From NCBI RefSeq assembly GCF_006345805.1, contig NW_021835550.1:1-39298 (forward strand): 39,298 nt of DNA, written 5' to 3'. The notes below the pieces were generated by a model. The model worked only from the letters and a program-made list of their open reading frames with translations, was not told the origin of the DNA and made no database searches. Shown here piece after piece: positions 1-11,511 of this stretch. Positions within the stretch are counted from its first letter, which is position 1. Every line of letters begins with the position of its first letter. Position numbers and translations under genes: made by a program. Origin of the DNA: Octopus sinensis (taxonomy: Eukaryota).

Positions 1-337
1 TTTTTATTTCATTGGATCGTCAGTTTATTTGTTTCAGTCTATCTTTCAGTGACGTCATTACAGAGTAATATCTAGCTTCCTGGTTAAGCCATAATTCTTC
101 CCTTCCTGTTGTCTGTTTATTTAACTGCGTGGCTATTAGCCTATATTATTTCTTATATACAGGTGATGTTTCCTGAGCATGAGGCATCTGAGTGTGTATA
201 TTTGGAATTGCATGTGTATACACATGTATAATTCTCTGTGTATTAAATATTATGTATATCAACTGTTATGCTTGAATATTAAGGTTCGGTGAAGAAGGGG
301 TAACGAGCAGGAACATGTCGATATTTGTGCATAAAAG

Positions 338-763
338 GGCGGTGAGCTGGCAGAAACGTTAGCACGCCGGGCGAAATGCGTAGCGGTATTTCGTCTGCCG
401 TTATGTTCTGAGCTCAAATTCCGCCGAGGTCGACTTTGCCTTTCATCCTTTCGGGGTCGATAAATTAAGTACCAGTTATGCACTGGGGTCGATGTAATCG
501 ACTTAATACCTATGTCTGTCCATGTTTGTCCCCTCTATTTTTAGTAGCCCCTTGTGGGTAATAAAGAAAATAGGTATTTCGTCTGCCGTTACGTTTGTTT
601 CTGAGTTCAATTTCCGCCGAGGCCGACTTTGCCTTTCATCTTTTCGGGTCAATAAATAGTACCAGTTAGGCACTGGGGTCGATATAATCGACTTAACGCT
701 TAATCCGTTTATCTGTCTTGTTTGTCCTCTCTGTGTGTAGCCCCTTGTGGGCAGTAAAGAAAT
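338..763 (+). mobile_element. SINE family A, head-(core+tail1)x2
   Basis: tRNA-like head (TGGCAGAA A-box-like, GAGTTCAAATTCC-type B-box), core GTCGACTTTGCCTTTCATCCTTTCGGGGTCGATAAATTAAGTACCAG, and tail TTTAGCCCCTTGTGGG...AAAGAAAT. Repeated throughout the window. Confidence 0.9.
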
Positions 764-798
764 TAGAAACTTTAGCAAGTCGGTATTTTGTCTGTCTT

Positions 799-862
<64 letters not shown>

Positions 863-1162
863 CGTCACCCCCTAGGATGTTTGGAAACTCATATGTGTTT
901 TGGCTGATGAATACGAATACGGGACACTTATATTTGCTGCAATATTTGCATCTTTTAATAAGCTGTTCTTCATATGAACAATTGTACTGAACAACTAATC
1001 CATTCTTGTTGCTTTTTTCTTGTTTATAATCACCCCCACATTATTTTATGGTTAATACCATATAGATTTCTGGTGCATCTAAGTTAAGTACCGCATCATG
1101 TGAATTTATTGGAACTCACTTGAATCTTTATTGCTTTTACTGAGAATATATATATATATAAT

Positions 1163-1193
<31 letters not shown>

Positions 1194-1289
1194 ATATATA
1201 TATATGTAGTTGAAATTTGCAGAAAACAAAAGACGAAGACATGTGTATAAACAACAAGCAGGTGTACTTAGCATATGTACTGAGACTCA

Positions 1290-1510
1290 TGGAGAGATTT
1301 CCCCGGTTTCCGCGGCACATATATTCCCCTTGGACGAAACGCTGGTCCGTCGCAGAGTTAGTTACTCGTTTTTGCCACCTGAGTAGACTAGAGCAACGTG
1401 AAATGAAGTGTTTTGCTCAAGAACACAACGCATCGCCCAGTCAAGGAATCGAAACCTCAATCTTACGATGATGAGCCCAACAGTCTAACCACTAAGCTGT
1501 ACCACTCCAC
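1290..1510 (-). mobile_element. SINE family F (tRNA head, CORE-like GTTCTTGAGCAAAACACTT segment)
   Basis: GGTACAGCTTAGTGGTTAG...GGTTTCGATTCC head followed by TTCATTTCACGTTGCTC. Confidence 0.75.
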
Positions 1511-1551
1511 ATACTTAGTAGATAATTTAATGTTCTTGATCTGTTACTCTC

Positions 1552-1809
1552 TCTTTACTCTTTTACTTGTTTCAGCCATTTGGCTGTGGCCATGCTGGAG
1601 CACCTCCTTTAGTCGAGCAAATCTACCCTAAGACTTATTCTTTTGTAAGCCTAGTACTTATTCTATCGTTCTGTTTTGACGAACCGCTAAGTTGCGGGGA
1701 CGTAAACACACCGGCATCGGTTGTCAAGCGATGTTGGGGGTGGGGGTGGGGGGAAAACACAGACACACAAATATATACACACATACATACATATATATAT
1801 ATATATATA

Positions 1810-1861
<52 letters not shown>

Positions 1862-2032
1862 ATATATGCGATGGGCTTCTTTCAGTTTCCGTCTTCCAAA
1901 TCCACCCACAAAGCTTTGGTCGGTCCGAGGCTATAGTAGAAGACACTTGCCCAAGTTGCCACGCCGTGGCACTGAACCCAGAACCATGTGGTTTCTAAAC
2001 AAGCTACTTACCACACAGCCACTCCTACGCCT
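1552..2032 (-). mobile_element. SINE family C (tRNA head, CORE-like ACCTTGGGCAAGT segment, internal TA/TG microsatellite), full length
   Basis: Head GGCGTAGGAGTGGCTGTGTGGTAAG...GGGTTCAGT, and 3' tail GGTGCTCCAGCATGGCC...CTGAAACAAGTAAAAGAG. Confidence 0.9.
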
Positions 2033-2117
2033 CTAGAAAAGATAAGATAAAAGTGGTTGTGTGATGGTCGACCAAGGCGTGGATACGAACTAGGAACATA
2101 AAGATATATACAATCAA

Positions 2118-2263
2118 TGACGGAAGTTATTTTTCCCGCCGCTCCTGCGTTATTGACACGCAGTACAACAGAGTGTCAAAATTAAACATAGACGTAGTAA
2201 AGAATGTTATTGTGTGTGACCAGAAAACAAATATGGAAGACAGCTCGGTCACCTGAGAAATAG
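2118..2263 (+). promoter_or_regulatory. Candidate promoter and non-coding first exon
   Basis: CGGAAGT (2121-2127), E2F-like TTTCCCGC (2132-2139), local CpG enrichment, and a strong donor ATAG|GTGAGT at 2264. Confidence 0.35.
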
Positions 2264-2526
2264 GTGAGTGACTGAATGTCATATGTGTTTATCCTGGCGT
2301 CTGTCAATGACCGTGTGACTACAATAAATACGCACATCTATGTGTGTGTATGTGTATGTGTATGTTAGCGTGTGTATGTGTGTTTATGTGTGCTCACGTG
2401 TAAGTGGATGATGTCGTCTTTATCTGACTAATTAATTTTCATACGCAAACAAAATTAATGCATGGATAGATGGTTAACTAGGTAAATAGATGCGTAGACT
2501 TATATATATATATAAATATATATATA

Positions 2527-2591
<65 letters not shown>

Positions 2592-2879
2592 ATATAACAA
2601 GTTTATGTGTATGTGCGTGGTGTGTGTGTGGTGGCGTATGTGTGTGTGTGTGATCGATATAGGCTAGTTGTTGTTTGATTGGCAGAGAGATAAGTATTTA
2701 AATAGGCTGATGGAAAGAGATATAGCAAAAACATATCGATATATAGATATATAGAAAAAGTATATTCTTGCACACCACACACACACACACACACACACGC
2801 ACACATATATATATATGTATACATATATACATTGAAAGCCAACTAAATTGGTAGTTAGGTGGATAGAGAAATACACAAA

Positions 2880-2972
2880 CTTAGATAGATAGATAGATAA
2901 ATAGATAGATAGATAGATACATACATACATACATACATACATACATGCATACATACATATGTACATACATAA
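2880..2972. repeat. (GATA)n/(CATA)n compound tetranucleotide microsatellite
   Basis: Direct reading. Confidence 0.95.
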
Positions 2973-3322
2973 GTATATAAACATAGACACATCCGCACAC
3001 ACCTCATACGCGCACATAGCGACACATATACATAGATAGAAGGATTGTGTATTAGATAGGTTAGACTAAACAGAAATTTAAGGTGCTTTTATTATTTAAC
3101 TGTCACAGGATACTACTGCATTCCAGGAACTGTTTCTACATTAATCATCTTCTCAACCTTGTTATTGTCATTCTAAATGGTGCTCCTTCCTCCTCTCCTT
3201 CCTCTCCACTTCATGTTACAGTTAATAACAGAAGCAACAACTACATTAACAATAATATAAGCGTAGATGGTTGGAGGAGACCAGTAGAGGGACAGGTTAT
3301 AAAAATAATTGGACAGGGTACG

Positions 3323-3759
3323 TGGCACTCCGTCGGTTACGAGGACGAGGGTTCCAGTTGATCCGATCAACGGAACAGCCTGCTCGTGAAATTAACGTGC
3401 AAGTGGCTGGGCACGCCACAGACACGTGTGCCCTAAATGTAGTTATCAGTGAGATTCAACGTGACAAGACTGACCCTTTGAAACACCGGTACAACAGAAG
3501 CAGGAAGAAAGAGTGAGAGAAAGTTGTGGTGAAAGAGTACAGCAGGGTTCGCCACCCACCCCGCTGCCGGATCCTCGTGGAGCTTTAAGTGTTTTCGCTC
3601 AACAGGCACTCACAACACTCGGTCTGGGAATCGAAACCGCGATCCTACGCCCACGAGCTCACTGCCCTAACCACAGGGCCATTGTGCTACTGCCCTAACC
3701 ACAGGGCCATTGTGCTACTGCCCTAACCACAGGGCCATTGTGCTACTGCCCTAACCACA
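3323..3759 (-). mobile_element. SINE family B with a triplicated 28-bp 5' end
   Basis: Family B body, plus TGCCCTAACCACAGGGCCATTGTGCTAC at 3663, 3691 and 3719 and a partial copy at 3747. Confidence 0.9.
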
Positions 3760-4212
3760 CGGCAGACGAAATACCCATTTCATTACTACCCACAAGGGGC
3801 TAAACACAGAGAGGACAAACAAGGACAGTCAAACGGATTAAATCGACTACATCGACCCCAGTGCGTAACTGGTACTTATTTAATCGACCCCGAAAGGATG
3901 AAAGGCAAAGTCGACCTCGGCAGAATTTGAACTCAGAACGTAACGGCAGACGAAATACGTGCTAACGTTTCTGCCAGCTCGCCGCCTTAATAATAATAAT
4001 TTGTTCTACTAGAGCCAGAAGGCTTCAAATTTGTGGGGAGGTTACTAGTCGATTACATCGACCCCAGTGTTTCACTGTTACTTAACTTATCAACCCTGAA
4101 AGGACGAAATGCAAAGTCGACCTCGGCGGAATTTGAACTCAGAATGTGAAGACGGACGAAATACTGCTAAGCATTTCGCTCGGCGTGCTATCGATTCTGC
4201 CAGCTCGCTGCC
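3760..4212 (-). mobile_element. SINE family A, two adjacent copies (3760-3986 tail1; about 4000-4212 tail2)
   Basis: Reverse-complement matches to the family A head and core, separated by a short TAA run. Confidence 0.88.
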
Positions 4213-4214
<2 letters not shown>

Positions 4215-4292
<78 letters not shown>

Positions 4293-4530
4293 GAGGAGGA
4301 GGAGGAGGGGGAGAAGAAGAAGAAGAAGAAGAAGAAGAAGAAGAAGAAGAAGAAGAAGAAGAAGACGAAAAAGAAGAAGACGAAGAAGAAGACGAAAAAG
4401 AAGAAGACGAAAAAGAAGAAGACGAAGAAGAAGAAGAAGAAGAAGAAGAAGAAGAAGAAGAAGAAGAAGAAGAAGAAGAAGAAGAAAAATTATTATTACC
4501 ATCATCATCATCAGCATTATTATTCTTATT
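4215..4530. repeat. (AAT)n-(GAG)n-(AAG)n-(TAT/CAT)n compound microsatellite
   Basis: Direct reading. Includes a 15-bp GAAGAAGACGAAAAA higher-order unit at about 4355-4420. Confidence 0.95.
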
Positions 4531-4984
4531 TAAATGAAAGCAGACGAACGAACAATGATTTTACTACTTCTCTTCTAAGGAGCCAACAATTACGAGACGA
4601 GAAGCATGAGGAAGACTGAAGCGCAATAGACCAATGATGAGAATTAATAATACAATACAAGAAAACTACTGCGGGAAATATAACACAAGCTAAATATAAA
4701 CCACGACATTTTATGACAAAATTTCATCCAAAGACATTAGCAAGATAAGACCGTACGTGACTAATATCTAAGACTACTGAACAACAAGGAAGAGGATAAA
4801 GAGAAAGAACCAACTGTAGGAAGCCATTGACCTAAGAGTGTTTGCCAGACTGGGCTATAAAGTATTGGATTGGTGTACTTTATAGAAGTGAATGGTGCTA
4901 TTTATTTTACTTTATATGAACTCCATGTACTTTTAAAAATTTAGTTTCTAGACTAAACGTTTCAGAATTGTGTTGACATGTATA

Positions 4985-5150
4985 AGTTGTGTGGTTAACA
5001 ATTCCGCTTTGCAGTTACGCCCTTTCGGGTTCGGTCTCACCACACGATATCATAACCCAGTGTCTTCTACTATAACCCCATACTGAGAGAAGCTTTAGAA
5101 GTGAATTTAGTGGACGGAAACTATGCGGAAGCCCGTCGTATATATATATA
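4985..5150 (+). mobile_element. SINE family C, decayed 5' half
   Basis: TGTGTGGTTAA...GGACGGAAACTATGCGGAAGCCCGTCGTATATA. Confidence 0.65.
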
Positions 5151-5289
5151 TATATAATAATATTAGGGAATAAATCCAAACTTACAGGGAAAAATGAGAT
5201 TTAGGATTAAATCCAATTTTATAGTATAAATATATTATATTATATTATATTAAATTAGAGATAAAACCAGAGGGGTGGGGATGAATAGA

Positions 5290-5471
5290 TTTCATTGACC
5301 CTAATGTTCAAATGGCACTTATTTTATCGACCCCCAAAGGATCAAAAGCAAAGTCAGCCTCAGCAGAATTTGAATTCAGGACGTAAAGACGGGCGAAAGG
5401 CCGCAAGGACTTTGCTCAGCGTTCTAACGACTCTGCCAGCTCGCCACCTTAACAACAACAACAACAACAAC

Positions 5472-5512
<41 letters not shown>

Positions 5513-5895
5513 TAATAATGATGATGATAATAATGGTTTCAATGGTTTCAAATATTGGCACAAAGCCAGCAATTTCGGGGAAGGATTTTAGTAGATTACA
5601 TTGAATCTTAGTGCTCGGCTGTTACTTATTTTACCGACCCCGAAAGAACGTGATGGCAAAGTCGACATGGGCAAAATTTGAACTTATAATAATTTTAGTT
5701 GCTGTAGGCACAAGGCTTGAAATTATGGGGGAAGGGCTAGGCGATGATATCGACCGCTAGTGCTTGATTGGTACTTAATTTATCCATTCCGAGAGGGTAA
5801 AAGACAGTCAACCTTGGCCTAATTTGAACTCAGAACCTAAGAACGAAAAAAATGCCGTTAAGTATTTTGTCCGGCATGCTAACGATTCTGCCCAG
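5290..5895 (-). mobile_element. SINE family A, three decayed copies
   Basis: Core and head matches at about 5290-5448, 5533-5685 and 5695-5895. Confidence 0.8.
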
Positions 5896-6001
5896 CTAAT
5901 CATATTTCTTTAGCTTTCAGTGGAGTGGTCCAATCTTAGCTATTAGTGTATGTAAGACATTCCATCAAACGTCAGATTCACTTTTTAATATACAAGCATA
6001 A

Positions 6002-6185
6002 GACGGCGAGCTGGCAGAAGAGTTAGCCGGCCAAGCTAAATACTTAGCGGCATTTCGTCCGTCTTTACGCTCTGAGTTCAAATTCCACCGAAGTCGGCTT
6101 TGCCTTTCATTATTTCGGGGTCGATAAATTAAGTTATAGTTGAGCACTCACGGAAATTGCTGGCCTTATGCTAAAATTTGAAATC
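6002..6185 (+). mobile_element. SINE family A copy (tail3 type)
   Basis: GGCGAGCTGGCAGAA...GAGTTCAAATTCC...GGGGTCGATAAATTAAG...GGCCTTATGCTAAAATTTGAAA. Confidence 0.85.
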
Positions 6186-6256
6186 AAGATACAAGCATAC
6201 CTCAACCTACGTCGTTTCGAGTTACGTCTTTTTCGACAAAATGCTTTCTTTTTTCT

Positions 6257-6650
6257 GAGAAGTGACTGTGTGGTAAGTAGCTTGCTTACCAGCCACATGG
6301 TTCCAGGTTCAGTCCCACTATGTGGCACCTTGGGCAAGTGTCTTCTACTACAGCCTTGGGCCGACCAAAGCCTTGTGAGTGGATTTAGTAGTCGGAAACT
6401 GAAAGAAGCCCGTCGTATATATATATATGTATGTGTGTGTATGTGTTTGTTTGTCCTCCCAACATCGCTTGACAACCGATGGTGGTGTGTTTGCGTCACA
6501 TAACTTAGCAGTTAGGCAAAAGAGACCGATAGAATAAGTACTAGGCTTACAAAGAATAAGTCCTGGGGTCGATTTGCTCCACTAAAGGTGGTGCTCCAGC
6601 ATGGCCACTGTCAAATGACTGAAACAAGTAAAAGAGTAAAAGAGTAAAGA
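6257..6650 (+). mobile_element. SINE family C, near full length
   Basis: Same modules as 1552-2032. Confidence 0.9.
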
Positions 6651-7126
6651 GGAAAACTTAACCACAACTTCAAGTCAGTTTATTCAAGTCGACACCGATC
6701 TCAGCGAACATATTTAAAAGCATATCTTTTTTAAAGAACATACCTAGAAAATCAGATGAAATAGGTGTGAAAATATCTGCTAGCCATTTATTAAAACCCA
6801 AAACGGGGTAAAACGTCTATTCGTGTTACGTCGTTTTCCCAGTTAAGTCGCATTCTTGGAACCAATTACAAACGTAAGTTTCGGCATGCCTTATTTTCTT
6901 CTCTAAGTGTTACGTGTATGTTATCTTTGGTGTGATTCACCTTCAAACGTTCAATTTATTGAGATGACAGAGAAATACAGTTTCGGCAGAGTAAATATTT
7001 GTATGACAGGTGGAATCTTGTCTTTGACGTTTCCAATATCATAACAACTCTCTCTTTTAGAATCGTCACATTTGTTTTTATCTTAGTATCAAGCTGATTT
7101 TTATTTCACCTTTGATATCTTCCCAG

Positions 7127-7188
7127 CATTCTCTTCTAATCAATATTCTGAAGATGAGAAGAAATTGCTGCTAATGTTAAAGAGATAA
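7127..7188 (+). CDS. Candidate terminal coding exon (x)FSSNQYSEDEKKLLLMLKR*
   Basis: Acceptor TTTGATATCTTCCCAG| at 7126, open phase-1 frame to TAA 7186-7188, and AATAAA about 110 bp downstream. No recognisable homolog. Confidence 0.2.
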
Positions 7189-7529
7189 TCTTTGCTGTCT
7201 CTTATATAATTTAATTTATAATGTCTTGAGAATTTGGTTGAATCTACTTATCAGGTATATTTCCTACCACGCTGCATTGTCAATTGACATTGCTAAATAA
7301 ATGCTTTACTATTTGTAATCCGTTCTCAGTTGGTCTACAGGTAATGTTTGCATATTGTTTAACTGAATATTGCAACCTACTTGCTCGGGAATTCTATCTG
7401 TAAATGTATTCTGAACTGGTAAATATTGAATCATTTAAATCAGTCTATTTGATCGATTGCTACGTGGAACTATAAACTGTGAATTTAAGATGTGATCATT
7501 TGTTTCACAGCATTTCCATACCTTCTGTT

Positions 7530-8290
7530 TTACTTTTTACTTTTTACCTATTTCAGTCATTCGACTGCGGCCATGCTAGAGCACCGACTTGACGGGTTTC
7601 AATTCTGGTACTTATTCTATGTCTCTTTTGGATTGGAAGCACTCCGACGGTTACGACGACGAGGGTTCCGGTTGATCCGAATCAACGGAACAGCCTGCTC
7701 GTGAAATTAACGTGTAAGTGGCTGAGCACTCCACAGACACGTGTACCCTTAACGTAGTTCTCGGGGATATTCAGCGTGACACAGAGAGTGACAAGGCTGG
7801 CCCTTTGAAATACAGGTACAACAGAACCAGGAAGTAAGAGTGAGAGAAAGTTGTGGTGAAAGAGTACAGCAGGGATCACCACCATCCCTGCCGGAGACTC
7901 GTGGAGCTTTAGGTGTTTTCGCTCAATAAACACTCACAACACCCGGTCTGGGAATCGAAACCGCGATCCTACGACCGCGAGTCCGCTGCCCTAACCCCTT
8001 GGCCATTACGCCTCCACATGTCTCTTTTACTGAACCGTGAGAATTACGGAAACGTAAGCAAACCAACACCTTCACACACACACACATATACACGTACACG
8101 GACACACCTTCATGCATCTTCACACACAGACATGCACATTCACACGTACGACGGGTTTCTACAGTTTCCGTCTACCACATTCACTAACAAGGCATTGGTC
8201 GGTCTGGATTTATAGATATAGACACTTGCTCAAGCTGCCGTACAGTGGGTTTGAACCCGAAACCATGTGGCTTCAAAACAAGCTTTTATT
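7530..8290 (-). mobile_element. SINE family C, decayed, split by family B
   Basis: 3' tail at 7530-7629; the remainder at 8018-8290. Confidence 0.8.
7633..8017 (-). mobile_element. SINE family B, full length, nested in a family C copy
   Basis: 11-bp TSD ATGTCTCTTTT at 7619-7629 and 8018-8028, inside family C sequence. Confidence 0.92.
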
Positions 8291-8377
8291 AACCGATTTG
8301 CTCGATTTTCTAGTAAATGTTGTAAACGATAAATTAAAAATCTGATCATTTGTTTATTAATATTTTCATATAGACTA

Positions 8378-8955
8378 GGCGGCGAGCTGGCAGAATCGTT
8401 AGCACGCCGGGCGAAATGCGTAGACATATTTCCTCAGCCGTGACGTTCTGAGTTCAAATTCCGCCAAGGTCGACTTTGCTTTTCATCCTTTCGGGGTCGA
8501 TAAATTAAGTACCAGTTACGTGCTGGGGTCGATATTATCGACTTGATCCCTTTGTCTGTCCATGTTTGTCCTCTCTGTGTTTAGCCACTTGTGGGTAGTA
8601 AAGAAATAGGTATTTTGTCTGTCGTTATGTTCTGAGTTCAAATTCCTCGAGGTCGATTTTGCCTTTCATCCTTTCGGTGTCGATAAATTAAGTACCTGTT
8701 GCGTACTGGGGTCGATATTATCGACTTGATCCCTTTGTCTGTCCATGTTTGTCCTCTGTGTTTAGCCCCTTGTGGGTAGTAAAGAAATAGGTATTTCGTT
8801 TGTCGTTATGTTCTGAGTTCAAATTCCGCCGAGGTCGATTTTGCCTTTCATCCTTTCGGTGTCGATAAATTAAGTACCTGTTGCGTATTGGGTCGATCTA
8901 ATTGACTGCCCCTCCCCCAAAATTTCGGGCCTTGTGCTTAGAATAGAAAAGAATT
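8378..8955 (+). mobile_element. SINE family A concatemer, head-(core+tail1)x2-core+tail2
   Basis: Three cores about 180 bp apart. The last ends in CCCCCAAAATTTCGGGCCTTGTGCTTAGAATAGAAAAG. Confidence 0.9.
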
Positions 8956-9136
8956 TCTTAATCTGCTCGAAATAGCAACCCATAATTTCTCAACTCGTGT
9001 TCTGCTGCCTTAAAAATGGAAGAATTCATGTTTAAGTGAGATGTTTACGGTGAAAATATCTTTAATCATAGAAGGGCTGGATCACGATTTGACCAGAAGG
9101 TAAACAACATCAACAACGACGACAGCAACAACTTCT

Positions 9137-9326
9137 GAGGAGACGCAATGGCCAAGTGGTTAGGGCAGCGGAATCGCGGTCGTAAGAACACGGTTTCGAT
9201 TCTTAGACCTGGCATTGTGAGTGTTTATTGAGCAAAAAACACCTAAGTTTCACGAAGCACCGGCGGGGGGAGGGTGGTGAACCCTGCTGTACTCTCTCAC
9301 CACAACTTTCTCTCACTCTTTCTCCC
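9137..9326 (+). mobile_element. SINE family B, 5' half only, decayed
   Basis: GGAGACGCAATGGCCAAGTGGTTAGGGCAGCGG...GGTTTCGATTC...CACCACAACTTTCTCTCACTC. Confidence 0.85.
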
Positions 9327-9574
9327 TACTTCTGCCACAAAGCAGAGGAACCATGGTGTAACCCATTATGGTGCGGTAAACTTTCAGTCCCTAGTCTAGA
9401 TTGCGAATCCTCTGTACCTCAGGATGGTGTAGCTCTCCATCCGTTAAAAAACCACCGTTTACGGAATGAGGATCCGTGCAACTGCCAGTCTATCGCGTGT
9501 GGTGGGTGGATCTTCAAATTGCCGCACGCATTCTTAGTAGCTTAGAGTAGGCTCGAATTAGAGATTATTCTTTG

Positions 9575-9670
9575 TGGCTAATGGCGCGAGTTCTGATTGG
9601 AAGAAGAAGAAGCAACAACTTCTACTCAATTTCTTGCCGAGACAAAGCACTCAGCTTTTTAGACGTCAGA
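9575..9670. promoter_or_regulatory. Candidate regulatory island
   Basis: ATGGCGCG (9581), reverse CCAAT box CTGATTGG (9593-9600) and CRE-like GACGTCA (9662-9668), within non-repetitive CpG-rich sequence. Confidence 0.25.
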
Positions 9671-10241
9671 ACCAACGACACCAGGAATTATATACACGAG
9701 TCTCAATGGAAAGTCGAAACCGTTTTACGGTTGTAACCACCTGCATTCTTGAAACTTGTGCTGAATGATATTTTCCAGCGGCAAACAAAATATATTTTCT
9801 TAAATTTCAATGTTTCCTTAATTAATTAATTCATGAAACTAAAATTAATTATCTTACACCTGTCATAATTATGCGTTTTTGTAACACTTAAGTTTGAAAC
9901 GGTTTTAAAAATGTCAACAAATTTTAACATCCAAAGCACTTTCTGTTTATCATAGTAATTAGCCTTATTTATCATAAAAGCTCATATTCTATAAATTGCT
10001 GTGGTTAATGAGAACATCTATCTTTATCTTAGACAAGAATATAATTAACTTCAAAACACTGTAATTAACAATCAACAGTCCCTATTTGGACAAAACGTCA
10101 CAGAACTTTTAAAATAACAGCTGGTAGAATTAAATAACTACAATAGTGCGAATTTCATTCAACGAATATGACACAAATTTCTCTGCACATCTAAAGATAC
10201 TTTAATTATTGTGGTGTTAACAGAAGACGATATTGTAGATT

Positions 10242-10624
10242 TGGAAGCACTCCGTCGGTTACGACGACGCGGGTTCCGGTTGATCCGAATCAACGGAACA
10301 GCCTGCTCGTGAAATTAACGTGTAAGTGGTTGAGCACTCCACAGACACGTGTACCTTTAACGTAGTTCTCGGGGATATTCAGCGTGACACAGAGAGTGAC
10401 AAGGCCGGCCCTTTGAAATATAGGTACAACAGAAACAGGAAGTAAGAGTGAGAGAAAGTTGTGGTGAAAGAGTACAGCAGGGATCACCACCATCCCCTGC
10501 CGGAGCCTCGTGGAGCTTTAGGTGCTTTCGCTCAATAAACACTCACAACGCCCGGTCTGGGAATCGAAACCGCGATCCTACGACCGCGAGTCCGCTGCTC
10601 TAACCACTGGGCCATTGCGCCTCC
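10242..10624 (-). mobile_element. SINE family B (tRNA-Arg-like head), full length with TSD
   Basis: Head GGAGGCGCAATGGCCCAGTGGTTAG...GGTTTCGATTCCC has A and B boxes. 10-bp TSD ATTGTAGATT at 10232-10241 and 10625-10634. Confidence 0.93.
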
Positions 10625-10739
10625 ATTGTAGATTAATAGAAGTTGGAATTAACTTCAAAGATTTATATTACGAATTTGTACGTTCTACGTTCAAAACTTA
10701 TCCATGTCAAATTCGTCTTTTATTTTTCTCTCACTTTTA

Positions 10740-10949
10740 CTTTTTTTTACTCTTTTACATGTTTCAGTCATTTGACTGCGGCCATGCTAGAGCACCGCCT
10801 TTAGTCGAGCAAATCGACCCCCCAGGACTTATTCTTTGTAAGCTTAGTACTTATTCTATTGGTCTCTTTTGCCGAAACGCTAAGTTACGGGGACGTAAAC
10901 ACACCAGCACCGGTTGTCAAGCGATGTAGGGGGACAAACACAGACACAT

Positions 10950-11000
<51 letters not shown>

Positions 11001-11146
11001 CGACGGGCTTCTTTCAGTTTCCGTCTACCAAATACACTCACAAGGCTTTGGTCGACCCGTGGCTATAGTAGGAGACACTTGCCCAAGGTGCCACGTAGTG
11101 GGACTGAACTCGGAACCCTATGGTTCCACACAGCCACTCCTACGCC
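10740..11146 (-). mobile_element. SINE family C, full length (small deletion in head)
   Basis: Module match. Confidence 0.9.
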
Positions 11147-11299
11147 TTCTGGTTTCAACAAAATAGATACTAGTTAAGAATTTTAATTTTTCCTTGAACA
11201 CTAGGAATCAAAAGGAAAGTCCCCCGGTTTCCAGGGCATATGAGGGAACGAGGCTCAAATCAGAGCATTTCTGATCTATTCTAAGGCTCAAGGACAGTA

Positions 11300-11494
11300 G
11301 TTTGGATGGCGATGGGTAGGGATGCCAGGTCCATTCTATCGACCCCAATACTTGACCGGTACTTTATCTTATGGATCTCGAAGTGATGAAAAGCAAAGTC
11401 TACCTCGACGGTATTTGAACTCAAAACGTAAAAATGAACGAAATGCCGCCTAGCATTTTCTCGGCGTGCTAACGATTCTGTCATATCACCGCCT
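11300..11494 (-). mobile_element. SINE family A, decayed copy abutting the Tx1-like tail
   Basis: Core and head match on the minus strand. Confidence 0.75.
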
Positions 11495-11511
11495 TTGTAA
11501 TAATAATAATA

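Noticed and set aside
1-30. Minus-strand CUGACGA-UCCAAU-GAAA at the window edge
   Set aside because: Stem II does not pair and stem III would lie outside the window. It cannot be evaluated without upstream sequence.
150-250. Strong acceptor TTTCTTATATACAG at about 160 with nearby stops and ATTAAA
   Set aside because: It could be a terminal exon, but the frame is unknowable and the evidence is a single splice signal.
900-930. Isolated CUGANGA matches (about 903, 7148, 9135, 26591, 30905 on +; 11791, 25194, 32864, 36820, 37714 on -)
   Set aside because: None has a correctly spaced GAAA with pairing stems and an NUH site. At 7148 the cleavage position would be G.
3663-3759. 28-bp and 30-bp direct repeats (also 32127-32216) of CRISPR-like length
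   Set aside because: The copies are contiguous with no spacers, the context is eukaryotic retroelement sequence, and no cas genes are present.
6590-6640. SINE C tail hairpin followed by GAAAC (AGTC-AAAT-GACT-GAAAC in consensus), resembling HHR stem II plus core2
   Set aside because: No CUGANGA lies upstream in any copy. It is better explained as a LINE-recognition stem-loop.
7150-7330. Minus-strand NQILKTL...NYIRDSKDYL, reminiscent of PLE reverse transcriptase
   Set aside because: The match is short, needs frameshifts, and the following DVxSLF-type motif is absent in the right order. It needs a profile-HMM search to be taken further.
10560-10624. tRNA-like cloverleaf starts with A and B boxes
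   Set aside because: They run into SINE bodies with TSDs and lack a proper acceptor stem, so they are SINE heads rather than tRNA genes.
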